A program made the translations under genes and the position numbers. A DNA stretch of 64,000 bases from an uncultured Verrucomicrobiae bacterium (GTDB lineage: Bacteria > Verrucomicrobiota > Verrucomicrobiia > Limisphaerales > Palsa-1400), in assembly GCA_963707025.1 (NCBI GenBank), contig CAVPOM010000008.1, positions 116,560-180,559 on the forward strand, in the 5' to 3' direction. The notes beneath the pieces were generated by a model. That model was given only the letters and a program-made list of their open reading frames with translations. It had not been told where the DNA came from and ran no database searches. This document shows, one piece after another, positions 60,298-64,000 of the stretch; the stretch's first letter is position 1, and each line of letters starts with the position of its first letter.

Positions 60298-61578
60298 CTA
60301 ATCGGCGAACAAGGCCTCCCCGCGCAACGGCCGCCGCTGGCGCGCGTCCAGAATGGTTGCGCCCAGGCCGCCGGGCGGCCGGGCGGCCAGCTTTTGGAAA
60401 AAATTGGGAAACGTTTTCTTCACGCAGGCAGGATTCTTGATTTTAAGGCCTGCCACTTTCAATCCCAGAATGGCAAAACACATCGCCAGGCGATGATCCT
60501 GGTAGGTTTCGATTTCCGCCCCGCGCAGTTTTCCCGCCGCCGGGAAAATGGCCAGGCTCTCCCCCTTCTCCACCACCCTCACGCCGCATTTGCTCAAGGC
60601 GGCGCGCATCGCCGCCACCCGCTCGCACTCCTGCACGCGCAGCCGTTGCAAGTCCGTGAACTTGACGGGCCTGGCGGCGAAAGGCGCCAGCACCATCGCC
60701 GTCATGATGCTGTCGCCCAGCTGGGTCCGCCGCGAAACCGTGGCGGGCAGCGGGAGAAAATCGGGGAAGGCCGCGTCCATTTGCCAATGGGAGACGGGGA
60801 AGGAGGCGACGGTGATCGAGCTGGGCGGCGGCAGCAGCCATTGGGCCGCGCAAAAGTAACTGGCGCTGGAGGCGTCGGGTTCGACTTGAAAGGCGCCCCC
60901 ATCCCGGGGAAACGAATTGATGAGCTGGAGGGTCATGTCCAGGTAGCGCTCCTGTTCCGCGTTTCCCTCCGCCAGCCTCACCCGCCACAAGCCGCGCCCC
61001 GCGCACAGGGCCAGGGCGGAGGCGAACTGCGAACTTTCCTCCGTGCTGACCGCGCAAGCGGCGTTCGCGCGCGGCCCTGTTCCAAAAATGTCCGCCGGCA
61101 GCCGGTGGCTCGGCGAATCCACCCGGTAACCCAATTCACGCAGGGCGTTGAACAAACCCGCCTGCGGACGTTCCTGCATCCGGGAAGTTCCCACCAGGCG
61201 ATAGACGCCCTGGCCCAAACAGACCAGTGCCGCCAGGAACCTCGCGGCGGTGCCGGCATTGCCCACAAAAAGTTTCAGCGGCCGGGCGGCCGTTCCCGCC
61301 CTGGGGATTTTTCCGCCCAGCCCGCGCACGACCAGCGTTCGATTGCACAATTCCTGGCGATCCGCCCGCACCTTGATTTGAAAACCGAGGCGGCCCAGGC
61401 TGTCCACCATAACCTGGGTGTCCTCGCTCCAGAGCGCGCCGCGCAGCGTGATTTCCCCGCCGGCCAGCGCCGCCAAAATCAAGGCCCGATTGGTCAGGCT
61501 CTTGGAACCCGGCACCGTGATTTCCGCCACGACCGGTTTTTCCAGAGGCACCATCTCGATGAGTTCAGGAATTGCCAT
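60298..61578 (-). CDS. aroA: 3-phosphoshikimate 1-carboxyvinyltransferase (EPSP synthase)
   Basis: PGSKSLTNRAL, GNAGTAARFL, SSQFAS, RVQECER, DHRLAM, KTFPNF. Confidence 0.95.
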   Translation of the reverse strand: MAIPELIEMVPLEKPVVAEITVPGSKSLTNRALILAALAGGEITLRGALWSEDTQVMVDSLGRLGFQIKVRADRQELCNRTLVVRGLGGKIPRAGTAARPLKLFVGNAGTAARFLAALVCLGQGVYRLVGTSRMQERPQAGLFNALRELGYRVDSPSHRLPADIFGTGPRANAACAVSTEESSQFASALALCAGRGLWRVRLAEGNAEQERYLDMTLQLINSFPRDGGAFQVEPDASSASYFCAAQWLLPPPSSITVASFPVSHWQMDAAFPDFLPLPATVSRRTQLGDSIMTAMVLAPFAARPVKFTDLQRLRVQECERVAAMRAALSKCGVRVVEKGESLAIFPAAGKLRGAEIETYQDHRLAMCFAILGLKVAGLKIKNPACVKKTFPNFFQKLAARPPGGLGATILDARQRRPLRGEALFAD

Positions 61579-61665
61579 CCTTGGGATGATACATGGAAGA
61601 CGGCCCGGCGGCAAAGATTGTTGGCCATCCTCCCTCTTGCCTCCTCGCTTTTGTTTATCCCCTCC

Positions 61666-62550
61666 TCATTCCGGAGACATGGTGGCCGAGCGGGCCCGCC
61701 ATTGTTCGCGTCGCTGTTGGGCTTTGGTGAAGAATTCCTCGATGGCCGCGACGTCCTCCCGTTCCAGGGCGAGTTGGAATTCCTGCAAGTCCGCCACAAA
61801 AACGCCCAGCACCCGCCCCAGGTTTTTGCGGTTGGCCAGGGCCACGTCCCGCCACATTTCCGGCGAACTGGCGGCGATGCGGGTGGTGTCGCGAAAACCG
61901 CTGGCGCAGACCAGTGCCTGCTCCTTGGGATGGGCCGGGCTCAACACGTAGTTGGCCAGTTCCGCCGCCACCACATGGGGCAAATGGCTGGAGCGGCTCA
62001 CCAGGTCGTCGTGCAATTCCGGCGTCATGCGCACGGGCCATCCGCCCAGCGCCTTCCAAAAATCCTGCACCGCCCCCACCGCCGGCGCGGGCGATTGCCG
62101 GGTGGGTGTGACCAGGCAGATGGCGTTGTTGAACAGATCGGCGCGGGCGGCGGCCAGGCCGGTTTTTTCCGAGCCGGCCATGGGATGACTGCCGACAAAC
62201 CAGGCCTTGACCTCGCGCAGGAGCGGTTCGAGTTCCTGGGCCACGCCCGCCTTGACGCTGCCGACATCCGTCACCACGACGCCCGGTTTCAAAAAGGGCC
62301 GCATTTGCAGAGCCAATCCGCGCATTTGGGAAAGCGGCGTGCAGAGAATCACGAAGTCGGCCCGCCCGACCGCTTCCTTCATGTTTTGCGTGGCCAAATG
62401 GGCGATGCCCAGCCGCTGACATTCGGCCACACTTTCCTGGCGGCGGACAAAAGCATGCACTTGCACGGGCCATTGGCGCTGGCGGATGGCCAGCCCGAGG
62501 GAGCCTCCCAATAGGCCGGCCCCAACTATCGTGATTTCTTCCAAGTGCAT
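61666..62550 (-). CDS. tyrA: Prephenate/arogenate dehydrogenase
   Basis: GAGLLGGS, DVGSVK, HPMAGSE, SHLPH, GFRDTTRIA. Confidence 0.93.
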   Translation of the reverse strand: MHLEEITIVGAGLLGGSLGLAIRQRQWPVQVHAFVRRQESVAECQRLGIAHLATQNMKEAVGRADFVILCTPLSQMRGLALQMRPFLKPGVVVTDVGSVKAGVAQELEPLLREVKAWFVGSHPMAGSEKTGLAAARADLFNNAICLVTPTRQSPAPAVGAVQDFWKALGGWPVRMTPELHDDLVSRSSHLPHVVAAELANYVLSPAHPKEQALVCASGFRDTTRIAASSPEMWRDVALANRKNLGRVLGVFVADLQEFQLALEREDVAAIEEFFTKAQQRREQWRARSATMSPE

Positions 62551-62714
62551 TCCGCATTAAAGATCAAACTGCCCGGCGGCAAAAGCGAAAATTGCGCGGC
62601 CTGGAAAAAGGGCTGCTCCTTGGCCGGCTTTTTCTCCAACTGCAATGGCAAAAGAATTGGGAGAAATGGGCGTGACAAGGGCCGGGCGCGGCGTATATTG
62701 CACCACCTTTCGGT

Positions 62715-62789
62715 GACCCTATCGTCTAGTGGTTAGGACATCGCCCTTTCACGGCGGTAGCAGGGGTTCGACTCCCCTTAGGGTCGCCA
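62715..62789 (+). tRNA. tRNA-Glu(TTC)
   Basis: GACCCTA/TAGGGTC acceptor stem, anticodon loop CTTTCAC, GTTCGA T-loop, encoded CCA. Confidence 0.97.
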
Positions 62790-62796
62790 TGTTGAT

Positions 62797-62847
62797 TATC
62801 AACGACTTGCGTAAATCCACTCAAAAGTAATAACCTCTGGTAATAAC
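62797..62847 (+). promoter_or_regulatory. att-like region: IHF consensus plus GTAATAAC direct repeat
   Basis: TATCAACGACTTG 62797-62809 fits WATCAANNNNTTR; GTAATAAC at 62827-62834 and 62840-62847. Confidence 0.5.
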
Positions 62848-63061
62848 AAGTTTGCCAATGTTTGGGGATGTTTGCCGGTGTCACCGCAGACTTTCTTTCA
62901 GAATTTCTGATTCCAGACGTACCCCCTCCTCCTGCTCCCACCCCTCCCCGCAATAGCCCCTCTTCCTGCGCTATAAAGTATTGACAGAGGCCATTTAGCT
63001 CTCTGTTGGTTCCGCCTCCTCCGAGCCCCGGGATCTGCCCTCAATTCAAACCATAAGCAAT

Positions 63062-63100
63062 AAACGCCTGCTCCTGACCGGGACGGGCGTTTTTGCTTTT
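63062..63100 (+). terminator. Hairpin plus T-tract, intrinsic-terminator-like
   Basis: AAACGCCTG...CGGGCGTTT followed by TTGCTTTT. Confidence 0.45.
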
Positions 63101-63120
63101 CCCACCAGAAAGGACACCGT

Positions 63121-63831
63121 ATGACCGCCAATGCAGGAGTAATTTTATGCACAGATGTTGTTCCCAGAATCCGTTCCGCCATCCCGGCCGCCGTCAATTG
63201 CGTCGGTTGTGAGGATGCCGAGGAAATCATACAGGATGGCACGGCAATGGCCGCGAAGATGATGCACAACGCCGAGAGAAACGGCAAGAAGGTGACCCGG
63301 GCTGCCACTGGCCGGCGCGGGGAAATCAGCGCGGGCAACATCGCCTATTTCACCATCGTCAAACTCAGGAATGGCTGCCGTTCCAGCGGCATGGTGACTG
63401 GCGATGTCTATGGCGCCGGGACACAGATCAACGGCAGGACCAGGCTGACCTCATTGGATGAAGTGGCGGCCAGGGATGAAGAGAGCGGCGGTGAAGTATT
63501 TGAATTCCATGACGTGCTGGCGGATGGAGGGGAAGACCCGGCGACGAAGGCAACCAGGAAAATAGATTGGCAGGAATTCGTCGCTGGATTGCCGGAGCGT
63601 GAAAGGGCGGTGATCCAGTTCATGGTGGAAGGGAGATCGCTCCGGGATGCAGCTCATGCCCTGCGGGTGAGCGATTCGGCCATGCAGCAAAGCAAACGGG
63701 ATTTGAGGGTGAAAATTCTCGAATTCATGGGTGCCGGGATTTTGGTCGAAATTCAGCGCCGGCCTCAATGGAAACAGAACCTGGAGACCATCCGGGAGAA
63801 GATGGCCTGCCGGGGGGAACGTCGCTGCTGA
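63121..63831 (+). CDS. Sigma-70-like protein (region 4 HTH), probably mobile-element encoded
   Basis: DAEEIIQD, LTSLDE, LPERERAVIQFMVEGRSLRDAAHALRVS HTH. Confidence 0.65.
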   Translation: MTANAGVILCTDVVPRIRSAIPAAVNCVGCEDAEEIIQDGTAMAAKMMHNAERNGKKVTRAATGRRGEISAGNIAYFTIVKLRNGCRSSGMVTGDVYGAGTQINGRTRLTSLDEVAARDEESGGEVFEFHDVLADGGEDPATKATRKIDWQEFVAGLPERERAVIQFMVEGRSLRDAAHALRVSDSAMQQSKRDLRVKILEFMGAGILVEIQRRPQWKQNLETIREKMACRGERRC

Positions 63832-64000
63832 CATCCGGGGAAGCCGGGAAAGGCAGGCGACGCAGGCACCCGGATTGGCCATTCCGCAGCAGGAGGAGCA
63901 GCACCCGCTTACCCCTCCGTCAAGAACGGTGGGAAAAGGAATTCGCCAGCGCGGGTTCCTTTTCTTTATCTGTCGGGCGCGACTGAGACGAGGGTTCGAT

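Overview
Bacterial chromosome segment; gene style and GC-rich codon usage suggest Verrucomicrobiota (Pedosphaera/Limisphaera-like), which is an inference. Positions 1-36156 are a lower-GC defence island that ends at the 3' end of tRNA-Cys(GCA), next to a tyrosine integrase, and continues off the left edge. The island carries Wadjet jetABCD, two secreted carbohydrate-active cargo genes, and an IetAS-like AAA ATPase/S8 protease pair. It also has a ~14 kb minus-strand operon (PLD-SNF2 helicase, N6-adenine MTase, REase-like protein, Lit-like peptidase, GGCT-like protein, DUF3644/HEPN-like protein, PIN-like fusion, DprA/SLOG protein, UDG-superfamily protein). Beyond that lie a SNF2 helicase + actin/Hsp70-fold ATPase pair that matches no system I know, and an Xis-like/sigma-like/integrase module. 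Positions 36299-62789 are mostly housekeeping: rsmA-NUDIX fusion, aminotransferase, queE, an inserted ApaLI-like RM pair, bamD, lptE, ispA, ABC ATPase, dnaA with a candidate oriC, glnA, glnB, ogg, tig, a TA pair, argS, PTS IIA, bioF, bioA, thioredoxin-like protein, plsC, cmk, aroA, tyrA and tRNA-Glu(TTC). A probable second mobile element starts after tRNA-Glu. Many accessory genes carry single-base frameshifts, probably read errors, so the CDSs below are reconstructed across them. Best candidates for an undescribed system: the SNF2 + actin-like ATPase pair, the DprA/SLOG + UDG-like pair, and the Lit + GGCT pair inside the PLD-helicase/MTase operon. All family calls come from recognising motifs by eye; no database search was run.
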